This document shows, piece by piece, positions 46,080 to 54,568 of a stretch of DNA of 64,000 nucleotides (its first letter is position 1; each line of letters begins with the position of its first letter). The DNA is taken from positions 1-64,000 of the IMG/VR virus record IMGVR_UViG_2974647559_000001. One strand, 5' to 3'. This stretch comes from a virus. Its lineage: Duplodnaviria > Caudoviricetes. The position numbers were made by a program, and so were the translations under genes. The notes below the pieces were generated by a model that was given only the letters and a program-made list of their open reading frames with translations, did not search any database and was not told where the DNA came from.

Positions 46080-46514
46080 TCACTCCTTACAGTATTTCTT
46101 GATATCTCTTTCACTTTTACGTTGGTCATCCCTAGCCTTACGTTGTGATCTGATTAATCTTAACTTATCTCCCCTAGCTTGGAATATTGGTTTTAGCTGT
46201 TCATAAATATATTCACGCTCGTCACCTGTCAGGTAACTAACACTTTCATCACTAATAAAACGAGGGGCATCAAAACTACATAAGTTGATATCAAGAACAC
46301 CTAATACATTTTGTTGTTTAAACTGTTTATCCAATAATATATAAAGGTTATAACCCCACTTATAATTGTCACGTAGATATTCCTTACTAGCTTTGCTGTC
46401 CAAATTCAACCTAAACCTATCTGGATTATTCTTCACCAACTCAACAAAACTAATCACTGGCTCAGAAATATCTGGTGGTGTTTTCTTAAACAAACTCTTA
46501 ATCCAATTAATCAT
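46080..46514 (-). CDS. Hypothetical protein
   Basis: 144-aa ORF with AGGAG RBS. Confidence 0.7.
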   Translation of the reverse strand: MINWIKSLFKKTPPDISEPVISFVELVKNNPDRFRLNLDSKASKEYLRDNYKWGYNLYILLDKQFKQQNVLGVLDINLCSFDAPRFISDESVSYLTGDEREYIYEQLKPIFQARGDKLRLIRSQRKARDDQRKSERDIKKYCKE

Positions 46515-46538
46515 ATATTCTCCTTATTATAATTTCAA

Positions 46539-46645
46539 TTTTAAGCTGCCTGTAGAAGCCTACAAGACGTTATATCACATTACCTAATACGAACGTACTG
46601 CTATGGTGCTATAAATCCTTGTAGGCACTTACAGGCACTCCAAAT
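46539..46645. repeat. ~106-bp intergenic pseudo-palindrome E4
   Basis: Arms GCCTGTAGAAGCCTACAAG / CTTGTAGGCACTTACAGGC (16/19 complementary); centre GAACGTAC. Confidence 0.7.
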
Positions 46646-46862
46646 ATTCATCAATCTCACTTACTAAAAAATCATCCATACCACATGACCAAACTCTATC
46701 ACGAACACGACCAGTCCACAACACCTTAGCTGAATTTTTATCACCAGTAGCTAGATTGGCTAGGAAGTCACCAACAACCCTAGGATTGATAGTTTGTTTA
46801 TACATATTAGTCAGTACAGATATCTCTGATAGTGCTTCGTGGATGGTTGAATTATTTAACAT
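46629..46862 (-). CDS. Hypothetical protein (ORF track gives the wrong strand)
   Basis: MLNNSTIH... reads from the reverse complement at 46862; stop TAA = tta at 46629. Confidence 0.7.
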   Translation of the reverse strand: MLNNSTIHEALSEISVLTNMYKQTINPRVVGDFLANLATGDKNSAKVLWTGRVRDRVWSCGMDDFLVSEIDEYLECL

Positions 46863-47001
46863 TTTTCTCTCCTAACGCATAAGCTAATCCTGTAATACAT
46901 GATGATAAGAATACACCTAATAAAGATGATGGTGCCTGTGGTACAGTAACCCACCATACAGTAGCCTGAGCAAACGCCAATAACATTAATGTTTTGTTCA
47001 T
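46852..47001 (-). CDS. Small membrane peptide (49 aa, not in ORF track)
   Basis: MNKTLMLLAFAQATVWW...; AGGAG RBS. Confidence 0.55.
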   Translation of the reverse strand: MNKTLMLLAFAQATVWWVTVPQAPSSLLGVFLSSCITGLAYALGEKNVK

Positions 47002-47031
47002 TTATTTTCTCCTTCTCACTTAACTTCCGTC

Positions 47032-47125
47032 ATTATTACCCATATAAATCCACCTGTCAACACAGAAACACAAATATTTTAAATATATTTAGTTGTTGAC
47101 AGGGTGGTGTTCAGTGTTCTAATAT
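47032..47125. promoter_or_regulatory. Back-to-back sigma70-type promoters at the strand switch
   Basis: Minus: TTGACA (47060-55)-17-AATAAT; plus: TTGACA (47096)-18-TAATAT. Confidence 0.65.
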
Positions 47126-47246
47126 GTTCAGGAATGTTGAACGTTGTAGGTAAATGAACGGACTAACGCAAATAAAGTCTTTAGTTTCCTTGACAACTGT
47201 AATATATATGCTATACTTAAGTGGATTTAAACAGAACGGAGTGAAT

Positions 47247-47459
47247 ATGTTACAAAAAGAGATGATAACACAACACTTGGCTAAGCAACTTAGACACCAC
47301 CTTTTGGATCAAGGTATCTCAGTTAATGAGTTTGCTAAACAGCAAGGTAAGACACGGCAGACTATTAGTTTGTATCTGAATGGTAAGGTCAGCATTGATA
47401 GTCTGGTAGATATGCTGGATGAATTGGGTTGTGGAGTTACTGTATTGGTGCGGAGGTAA
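47247..47459 (+). CDS. Cro/CI-type HTH regulator
   Basis: ISVNEFAKQQGKTRQTISLYLNG; GGAG RBS; TTGACA-16-TATACT upstream at 47190. Confidence 0.8.
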   Translation: MLQKEMITQHLAKQLRHHLLDQGISVNEFAKQQGKTRQTISLYLNGKVSIDSLVDMLDELGCGVTVLVRR

Positions 47460-47469
47460 GTATGTAACC

Positions 47470-47725
47470 GACAAATTGTCTTATAGACCACCAGACATTT
47501 TGTCCAACAACCAACCGACAAATTGTCTTGCTAATAAGATAGAGTAAAGTAAGATAGAAAATAAATAAAATAGAATTAAAGAAAGATGACACCAACAGAC
47601 TTTTTGTCTGATACAAGACTTTACACTAAAAGCTAAAAAGCTTGTTGTTTTGTGTGTATTCTTAATCTTTTATTCTGTTTTGGTGTATAAACAAGTTAAA
47701 TAGATAAACCACCCGACTTTTTGTC
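47470..47725. repeat. Five GAC-N5-GTC boxes (iteron/operator-like)
   Basis: At 47470, 47494, 47517, 47598, 47715; purine/A-rich tract between copies 3 and 4. Confidence 0.75.
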
Positions 47726-47897
47726 TGTTGGTTAATGGAGGTGTTAATGTTTATTCTTATACCAAAGGAACTACTCTTGTGGATAGATGAGAACAGAGGT
47801 TCTTTATCAAGACAAGCTTTTGTCATTGAGTGTATGTTCTCCTTAAAGAAAGGTTAACTTTAACCCTAGTCTAATACTAAAATACTAAGGACTAACT

Positions 47898-48416
47898 ATG
47901 ATTAAAAATACATTTACAAAAATAGGCGATCATCTGCTGATGTGTGGTGCTGTTGTATCACCAGATGGTGAGGTGATTAAAGTAACTGCTGCTGACAAGC
48001 TAATCCTAGCCTTTATGCACCACAGGTGGAACTACTTTGTTGTGGAAGAAAAACAAGAGTATTGGGATTCTATGGAATATATAGCACTCCGTACAGGTAA
48101 CAACGTAAAAACCGTTGAGCGTTGCGTGTCTAAGTTCACTAAAGCTGGTATACTGTTAGCAGAGAAGCGTTTTGACAAAAAGAAGAAACATAACAAGTGG
48201 TTTTGGTTGGGTTTTTCTGAGGTGAAATATATGGTTACTAAGAAAGACGGTGGTATGGAATTTGTTAAGGAGGGTATGGAAGCATATAAACCGAAACCAC
48301 ACTACAAAGAAGATAACACTGCCGCAAAACCAGCACTAGAGGATTTTGATATGTTGGTTCCATATAGTGACTATGACCATGATGTAACAATGAGTATGTG
48401 GGAGGCAGGTTTATGA
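47898..48416 (+). CDS. Winged-helix DNA-binding protein (initiator-like)
   Basis: ADKLILAFM...SMEYIALRTGNNVKTVERCVSKFTKAGIL. Confidence 0.65.
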   Translation: MIKNTFTKIGDHLLMCGAVVSPDGEVIKVTAADKLILAFMHHRWNYFVVEEKQEYWDSMEYIALRTGNNVKTVERCVSKFTKAGILLAEKRFDKKKKHNKWFWLGFSEVKYMVTKKDGGMEFVKEGMEAYKPKPHYKEDNTAAKPALEDFDMLVPYSDYDHDVTMSMWEAGL

Positions 48417-48456
48417 ATGGTTACTATGTTGATGTGGGTTAGGAGTGAAATAACCA

Positions 48457-48485
48457 TTGACAATCACAATAACCTCTGCCACAAT
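48457..48485 (+). promoter_or_regulatory. Sigma70-type promoter
   Basis: TTGACA-17-CACAAT. Confidence 0.65.
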
Positions 48486-48516
48486 TAGCGCAGATCAATA
48501 ATTAAGGAGATAAATT

Positions 48517-48987
48517 ATGAAAGAGTTAGAGTTTTTTGAAAAATATTTTTCATTTAGACTTAAAATGGAAAAAGAGAACAACGTAATGTTACAAGTGACA
48601 CCAAGTTGCGGTATGTGGATGGATAAATCTTCAATGAAAGACGTACAGCGTTTTGGGGCTGAGATCATGAAAAACACACTTGAAAAAGCCTTTCCGAACC
48701 TAATCATAGGCGTTTATCACCCAGAGCAATTAGATGTTTGGGTTAACAATGGTAGTCAAATGTCACTTGGTAAGTGTCACATATCTGATTTAAAAGAGTT
48801 AAACGAGAAAGCATCTGAAATAATAAATGGTAGGTTGTTTTGGTGCAGCGGTTGCAACCAATTCTTGGGTAAGGTTCTTCACAGTGCATCTGTGTTCTCT
48901 GGACACTACTGTAGTGATTGTGTAACCAACAATCCAAAAATTAAAGCTTTAGTTAATGAAAGCAAAAGACCAAACTTTTACGATTAA
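48517..48987 (+). CDS. Hypothetical protein with C-terminal zinc ribbon
   Basis: CSGC...CSDC. Confidence 0.7.
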   Translation: MKELEFFEKYFSFRLKMEKENNVMLQVTPSCGMWMDKSSMKDVQRFGAEIMKNTLEKAFPNLIIGVYHPEQLDVWVNNGSQMSLGKCHISDLKELNEKASEIINGRLFWCSGCNQFLGKVLHSASVFSGHYCSDCVTNNPKIKALVNESKRPNFYD

Positions 48988-48999
48988 GGAGAATAAATT

Positions 49000-49254
49000 A
49001 TGATAATCACAACAACAGACAATCAACGCATTAAAGTGGATAGCTTTAGTCAATATCAACTTGTAGAACGTAAGAAGGTTAATCGTGGATGCTTCCGATG
49101 GCTTGCAGTATTACTATTGTTTTGGCCTGCATTGATCCTTTGGTTCTTTGTCGGTGATAATGCAATGTATGTCCGTATAGACGGGACAATGTATCTGATT
49201 AATGAGTTTCAATATAATCGTTTGGTGGACTTTTTGGATGGTGGTGAGATATGA
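49000..49254 (+). CDS. Small membrane protein
   Basis: Central transmembrane helix; AGGAG RBS. Confidence 0.7.
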   Translation: MIITTTDNQRIKVDSFSQYQLVERKKVNRGCFRWLAVLLLFWPALILWFFVGDNAMYVRIDGTMYLINEFQYNRLVDFLDGGEI

Positions 49255-49493
49255 AAACAGTTAGTGAGTTGAAGGTTTCCTTAAAATCTGGTGAATATCA
49301 TGGTGTTAATATTATGGAAGCTTTGTGTACAATAGAAAATCAGCAAAGACAAATTGCAGAACTTACTCATACACTGAATGAGTTGTATGAAATAACCGAT
49401 GAAGTTTGGTGCAATGAAGGTTTAGAGTTAGTTAGACATTTAAAACTTAGAAATGTCTTAAAGAAAGTAGATAAAATTTTGGAGGGTAATTAG
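49251..49493 (+). CDS. Hypothetical coiled-coil protein
   Basis: ATGA overlap. Confidence 0.65.
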   Translation: MKTVSELKVSLKSGEYHGVNIMEALCTIENQQRQIAELTHTLNELYEITDEVWCNEGLELVRHLKLRNVLKKVDKILEGN

Positions 49494-49518
49494 TATGAAT
49501 GGTGTTCTTACAAGGCAA

Positions 49519-49625
49519 GTTTAACCACTCTACAGAAGCCTACAAGCTACTTTAGTAGCCACCATAAGTCAACATATTACTTAGGATAGATAATGGCTCA
49601 GAAGTGGCTGTAGGGTTGTTTAAAT
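49519..49625. repeat. ~106-bp intergenic pseudo-palindrome E5
   Basis: GTTTAAC...CAACATAT (offset 51)...GGTTGTTTAAAT (end shared with E1). Confidence 0.7.
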
Positions 49626-49652
49626 TGATTTTAATTGTATAGGAGAATTGTA

Positions 49653-49865
49653 ATGAAAGATTGTTTAGGAAATGATGTAAAAGTCGGAGATAAAATCCTA
49701 GTCGCAGAATCAATACAAGATTATGCCGAGATGAAAGTTAAGTATGTGTTGGAAATTCAGACTAAAAACAATTACCTTGGACAAGGGTTTCATCTAGCAA
49801 GGGTGAGTGAGAATCCTTATGACACACATTACAGCGATGCAATTTACTTGCTAGAGCGTGTATAA
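49653..49865 (+). CDS. Hypothetical protein (KOW-like N-terminus)
   Basis: MKDCLGNDVKVGD; AGGAG RBS. Confidence 0.65.
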   Translation: MKDCLGNDVKVGDKILVAESIQDYAEMKVKYVLEIQTKNNYLGQGFHLARVSENPYDTHYSDAIYLLERV

Positions 49866-50082
49866 CATGGATTATTTCAAAGTAGAGGATGTACAAGAAG
49901 GTAAATTTTTAAATCTAGCCATTGGGGAAACCGGAGATATTTCGTTCTCTTGGTCGCCTAACCATGAGCTAGCTAGGCCAATATTAGATATATTTTCCAG
50001 AAGGAATTTATTAGAGAAATATGGTCTTTGTAAACCAGATTATATTTGGCATAAGTGTGATCAATTTGGGAGGTTTTTGTAA
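49858..50082 (+). CDS. Hypothetical protein
   Basis: ORF in operon. Confidence 0.55.
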   Translation: MYNMDYFKVEDVQEGKFLNLAIGETGDISFSWSPNHELARPILDIFSRRNLLEKYGLCKPDYIWHKCDQFGRFL

Positions 50083-50285
50083 TGCTTAATTTATTTAGAA
50101 AGGAACATAAACGGAGCGAATGGTTTGAAGGATTACTACGTGCTGAACTCGTTCAACAGAACTTTAGTTACGAGAGTAATTATAGTTATTTTGTTTTTGA
50201 GATCCAAAACCGTAGAGCTGATGAGCTTATACTTGGATACAAGAATTACTTGGACTATTACCAAGACGTTTTGAGCAAGGTTTGA
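50082..50285 (+). CDS. Hypothetical protein
   Basis: TAATG overlap. Confidence 0.6.
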   Translation: MLNLFRKEHKRSEWFEGLLRAELVQQNFSYESNYSYFVFEIQNRRADELILGYKNYLDYYQDVLSKV

Positions 50286-50313
50286 TTTATTTTGAAAATA
50301 ATTAAAATAAAAT

Positions 50314-50342
50314 TTGACTTTTGAATTTATATAGACTACATT
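50314..50342 (+). promoter_or_regulatory. Sigma70-type promoter of HNH paralogue 3
   Basis: TTGACT-17-TACATT. Confidence 0.65.
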
Positions 50343-50373
50343 TAGTTGAATTGGATTGATTTAGGATAATAAT

Positions 50374-51033
50374 ATGAAAAATGTTAGACGAGAAGATTGG
50401 GAGTCCTTACAGCCAACTGTTTTCGGTTGGGGAATAAATGATGTTGAATATAATGTTCATAAAACAAAGATGGTAAGTAATAAACAGGAGATAGTGTGGA
50501 GATGCCCTTACTACAGGAAGTGGGTAAAGATAATTGAAAGGTGCTTGTGCCCTAAATTCCAAGAAAAGTACCCAACCTACAGAGGTTGTACAGTGGCCGA
50601 AGATTGGAGATACTTTAGCAATTTTATTAAGTGGGTTGATTCTCAGCCCAATAAAGACTGGATAAATTGCGAACCCGATAAAGACATTTTGTTTGAAGGT
50701 AATAAGCATTATTCCCCTGAAACTGTTGTTTTTGTTTCTAGGGGAGTTAATGTGTTTATCGTAGATAGCGCGAAAGACAGAGGAGACCATATGATTGGGG
50801 TTAGTTACGTACCGGACAATAGCAAAATAAACCCCTATCAAGCTAGGTGCAGCAACCCCTTTGGGAAAGGTAGGCACATAGGATCATACCCTACAGAGCT
50901 AGAAGCTCACAAAGCTTGGCAAGCTAAGAAACATGAATATGCTTGTATGTTAGCTGATTTACAAGAAGATGAACGTGTGTCGAAATTACTCTATGAGCGT
51001 TACACTCCATATAAAGATTGGACAAATAGATAA
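50374..51033 (+). CDS. HNH-like free-standing homing endonuclease, paralogue 3
   Basis: CEPDKD, HYSPETVVFV, YPTELEAHKAW; very close to paralogue 1. Confidence 0.75.
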   Translation: MKNVRREDWESLQPTVFGWGINDVEYNVHKTKMVSNKQEIVWRCPYYRKWVKIIERCLCPKFQEKYPTYRGCTVAEDWRYFSNFIKWVDSQPNKDWINCEPDKDILFEGNKHYSPETVVFVSRGVNVFIVDSAKDRGDHMIGVSYVPDNSKINPYQARCSNPFGKGRHIGSYPTELEAHKAWQAKKHEYACMLADLQEDERVSKLLYERYTPYKDWTNR

Positions 51034-51048
51034 ATTTAAATAAAATGC

Positions 51049-51077
51049 TTGACGTATTTTAAATACCGAGGTATACT
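51049..51077 (+). promoter_or_regulatory. Sigma70-type promoter
   Basis: TTGACG-17-TATACT. Confidence 0.75.
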
Positions 51078-51111
51078 TAGTAAAATCCAATATAAATAAA
51101 AAGAGTTCATC

Positions 51112-51312
51112 ATGAAGTCCCGTTGTAAGGCTTGCAATGAACCCTTCTCCCCTACCTTGCACACTGATTTAGGGGGAAGGTTCATTCGCTTCGAAGATAT
51201 GTGTAGTGAATGTATATCACTTTGCCATCAAGAAGAAAATTACCAAGATATATTTGAACATCTTTGGGTAAAACCTATTGATAACTTTTCTTCTTATGAA
51301 GAAACTGAATAA
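51112..51312 (+). CDS. Small zinc-finger protein
   Basis: CKAC...CSEC. Confidence 0.6.
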   Translation: MKSRCKACNEPFSPTLHTDLGGRFIRFEDMCSECISLCHQEENYQDIFEHLWVKPIDNFSSYEETE

Positions 51313-51326
51313 CTTGTGGATAGCTA

Positions 51327-51355
51327 TTGCATTTATTATTAATACATGTTATAAT
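51327..51355 (+). promoter_or_regulatory. Sigma70-type promoter
   Basis: TTGCAT-17-TATAAT. Confidence 0.75.
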
Positions 51356-51390
51356 ATAGTATAAGACTATAAATTATTAAGGACATACAA

Positions 51391-51819
51391 ATGTCTGAAG
51401 AAATCAAATCTGTAGATACCGACGATATTGAAGAAGATAAGCCAGTTGTTGTCCGTAACGAAAAAGGACAGTTCATAAAGGGTGTGTCAGGTAATCCCAA
51501 CGGAAGGGGTAAAGGTAATCAGTCTAAGCTCAACAAGACTAAGTTAATTACCCAATATAATAAGTATGGTACAAAATCCTTTGAAGATATTGTACGTCTT
51601 GGCAAGAAAGCTGAGAAAGCTGGTCAACTAACCACAGCACTAAAAGCTGCCATGTTTATAGCAGAAAAACACTTGCAGATGGTTTTACAGCAAGATAAAA
51701 CAGCATTAGAATTACAAAAGCTTCGCATGAAAGAATCTAAAGATGATGGTGATTCTGATGAAGAAGATAAGGACCTGACACAAGCCATTTTCGAGTGGCA
51801 ACGTGCAGAGAATGATTAA
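51391..51819 (+). CDS. Probable terminase small subunit
   Basis: RNEKGQFIKGVSGNPNGR (DUF5681-like) motif; upstream of terL. Confidence 0.55.
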   Translation: MSEEIKSVDTDDIEEDKPVVVRNEKGQFIKGVSGNPNGRGKGNQSKLNKTKLITQYNKYGTKSFEDIVRLGKKAEKAGQLTTALKAAMFIAEKHLQMVLQQDKTALELQKLRMKESKDDGDSDEEDKDLTQAIFEWQRAEND

Positions 51820-51844
51820 AGATTTCATAACTACAACAACATCC

Positions 51845-51960
51845 TAGCTAACTCGCACACCACTGAATATTAGGTTGAGAACATCAGTGCATTCCCTGTT
51901 AGCATTATCTCCAGCCCCATTTAATGTCCCTCCTTTCATTACTTGGGGTTTATTTTTTGT
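51845..51960 (+). other. Structured intergenic element sharing a hairpin with the large ncRNA
   Basis: GCTAAC/GTTAGC and CACTGA/TCAGTG stems; AATATTAGGTTGAG identical to 52549-52562. Confidence 0.45.
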
Positions 51961-51991
51961 TGTAAAATAATTAACATACAGGAATAAAATT

Positions 51992-52246
51992 TTGAGTAAA
52001 GAAATTAAAGTATATCAGTCACGCAATCTTAGCGACTATAGCAAGAAGTTGGTCGAGCTGGTTAAAGCTGGTAATGAAGTGTTATTAGACCAGTGTATCA
52101 GTATGCTCGGTAAAATATATACGATTAAGTATTATGAGCCAGAAGCTGTTGTAGAAGAGACTGTAGAAGAAGCTGCTGTATCCTCAGAGGGTGTAACAAC
52201 GAAAGCTGTTAAGAAGCCCCGTGGTGGTTCCGCTTCCACAAAGTAA
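51992..52246 (+). CDS. Hypothetical protein
   Basis: 84-aa ORF, TTG start after AGGA. Confidence 0.65.
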   Translation: MSKEIKVYQSRNLSDYSKKLVELVKAGNEVLLDQCISMLGKIYTIKYYEPEAVVEETVEEAAVSSEGVTTKAVKKPRGGSASTK

Positions 52247-52259
52247 TATTTAAGGTTAT

Positions 52260-52620
52260 GATTGGTTGGCTACACCAAGCTCAGGTGAGTGAAGTAGCAA
52301 TAATTAATATAAAAATCCTGAACCGTCCCTAGTAATAGGTTGGATTTCTCCCTGTAATAAGGGCAAGCCAAAGTGCTGAGAAATGTTTTTAATTCGGATT
52401 AATTTGAGGCGAAAGCCCACTACGTGATGACCCAGCCGAAAGGTAAGGTTCCTGCTCTGCAATAATTTAAGTTGCATCAGGTTTCGTGGTGTATTCTAAC
52501 GCTAGTAATAGTATTGATATGGCACGTTATGTATTTCACAGCCCACTCAATATTAGGTTGAGGTATCCCTGTGATGACACTGGGAAAGACTAGATTATTC
52601 TACTTTTAGCAGAGTGGAAT
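52260..52620 (+). ncRNA. Candidate large structured non-coding RNA, family unassigned
   Basis: Many nested stems, GAAA loops, three GTAATA-containing loops, long-range helices; no coding capacity. Confidence 0.6.
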
Positions 52621-52629
52621 TAAAACTAA

Positions 52630-52815
52630 AAGTTTGCAAAAGTTTCAGATGAGTGTATATTAGAAATACTCTACAAGGCTCACAAACTAAACACACCTCA
52701 AAAATTAATATGCAATGAATATGGACTATCCCCTGCACAAGTCAGCAGGATAGTCAATGGAAGTAGACGTAAAGATTTACATGATCAATTCTTTGCAAAA
52801 GCGCATTCCCAGTAG
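52630..52815 (+). pseudogene. Startless HTH fragment like HNH-endonuclease C-termini
   Basis: AKVSDECILEI...QKLICNEYGLSPAQVSRIVNGSRRK; in-frame TAA at 52627. Confidence 0.5.
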
Positions 52816-52841
52816 TGCGCTCTCTCGAAGGAGTAACAAGT

Positions 52842-54556
52842 ATGGCAAGACCAAGCAGCAAGAAAGTCTCAAACGTACAACCAAAAATGGAAGTGTCACC
52901 ACAACCAGTACAGATGAAATTTTTAAAAGCCACCGAATCTATAGTATTCTTTGGCGGTGGAGCTAAACCAAAACTGGTTCCACTTTAATCAACCCCTCTA
53001 ATTCGATGAAACCCTAACGTGCAGACGAGGGCAATATCGAGCAAGGCGAAAGCCGTGTGTAGAGACTATCGAAAGACACTTAATGTGAATCTAGTAGAGT
53101 AGGCAACAAGCGTTGTCGAAACGGGGGGCTACGAAAGTAGAAGATATAGTCCGACACTGAGGGAAACCTCAGAGAGTGTAGCGAACTCTATAACAGAAAG
53201 GGTGGTGGTAAAACTTGGTCAATATTGATAGATAACTTACAATTCTGTCACGACCCGCAATATTTTAGTGTGTTTGTTCGTACAACAAACGTAGAGATTG
53301 ATAATGGTCTTTGGCCAGAAGCCAAAAGAATGTATCTTCCATACTTGGTAGATAGTCAAGGCAGATTCTTAGGCAAAGCCCACATATCAGAAAAGAACAA
53401 AACCATAACTTTCCCCTCTGGTGGTAGAACAAAGTTCACCTATTGCGCGACGGATAAGGATGTTGATGCGTGGTACGGATCGGAGATAACTCGTATATAT
53501 CTGGATGAATGCCAGCACCGTACCGAATATCAATTTGACTTATTCAAATCTCGTAACCGTTCTATGGCTAAAGTGCCAAAAGGTATGAGATGTACGCTGA
53601 ACCCATCACCAGATAGCTTTATTTATAAATACGTAGAGCCTTTCCTAGACGACGATAAGTACCCAATACCGGAGTTATCTGGTAAGACACGTTATTTTAC
53701 CATACTGAATGGTATCCTCATATCATCTTGGGATGCAGACGACATACGTAATGATACAGGGAAAGAACCAGAAACTTACACGTACATACCCGCAGTTCTT
53801 GGGGATAACGAAAAGTTAATGGAGATCGACCCTGCGTACAAGAATAAGCTAGACGCATTGCCTGAAGCTAAACGTAAACAACTCCTGTTAGGGTGTTGGG
53901 CATCTACCGATGAAGATGGTTTGTATTTCAAGCGGGAATACTTAAAAAGAGCCAACTCTATACCACTCCATAGTGTTTATTGCAGAGCATGGGACTTAGC
54001 ATCTTCTGCTGGTGACACACCTAATACGGTTGGTTGTGATGCTACACAAGGTATGTTAATGGCTCGTTGCCCACAAGGTTATTTCTATCTCGTAGGTAGT
54101 AAGCGATTCAGAAAACGTGCTGGTGAGCGAGATCAAGAGATACTTAGAACAGCCAAACAAGATGGGCAAGATGTTACTGTTGTTATACCAAAAGATACTG
54201 GTGCTGGCGGTGCTGCTCAATATGAATACCTCTCAAAACTGTTAATAACAGAGGGTTTCATTGTTAAGCAAGATACTGCTGTTGCAACAACAAGCAAACT
54301 TAGTAAAGCATCCCCATTCTTCAGTGCATGTGAAAATGGTTTAGTGTATTTGGTTGAAAAGAGTTTTGAGACAGAAGAATTAGAACTCTGCATGAGAGAA
54401 CTTGAAGTGTTTGATGGTGTATCAAGGTCTACAAGATTGCGCCACGATGAAACAGTTGATACATGCGCGACTGGGTTCAACTACCTATCAAAGAGACAAT
54501 CAATACCACAAATAAATCTACCAAACTTAACCAAATCAAATGAGTTTTCATTTTAA
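52842..54556 (+). CDS. terL: Terminase large subunit, join(52842..52964,53201..54556), ~492 aa
   Basis: Splicing rebuilds Walker A FFGGGA|GGGKT; Walker B YLDE; TLNP; RAWDLA; HDETVD; AAGGAG RBS. Confidence 0.9.
52965..53200 (+). mobile_element. Group I self-splicing intron (236 nt, no ORF)
   Basis: P1 GGAGCU/GGUUCC with U-G at the splice site; P7 GACUAU (53064)/AUAGUC (53146); AAGAUAUAGUCC; terminal G. Confidence 0.92.
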
Positions 54557-54568
54557 CAGGAATCCTTA

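Noticed and set aside
46629-46862. Plus-strand assignment in the ORF track
   Set aside because: The listed protein reads only from the reverse complement; annotated as minus.
22578-49625. 106-bp elements as integron attC sites
   Set aside because: E1 and E5 start with RYYYAAC, but the right ends are GTTTAAAT or TTAAAA rather than GTTRRRY, and no integrase is in the window. Kept only as a loose analogy.
52410-52600. Hammerhead ribozyme or group II domain V in the structured region
   Set aside because: Cores read GTGATGA, not CTGANGA, with no stem II before GAAA; the AGCC-GAAA-GGT hairpin is too short and lacks the D5 bulge.
52822-52833. Hairpin occluding the terL ribosome-binding site
   Set aside because: Only four base pairs including a G-U; too weak to call.
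52757-52966. 69-aa ORF from the track
   Set aside because: Out-of-frame overlap with the HTH relic and terL exon 1, which has the RBS and rebuilds Walker A.
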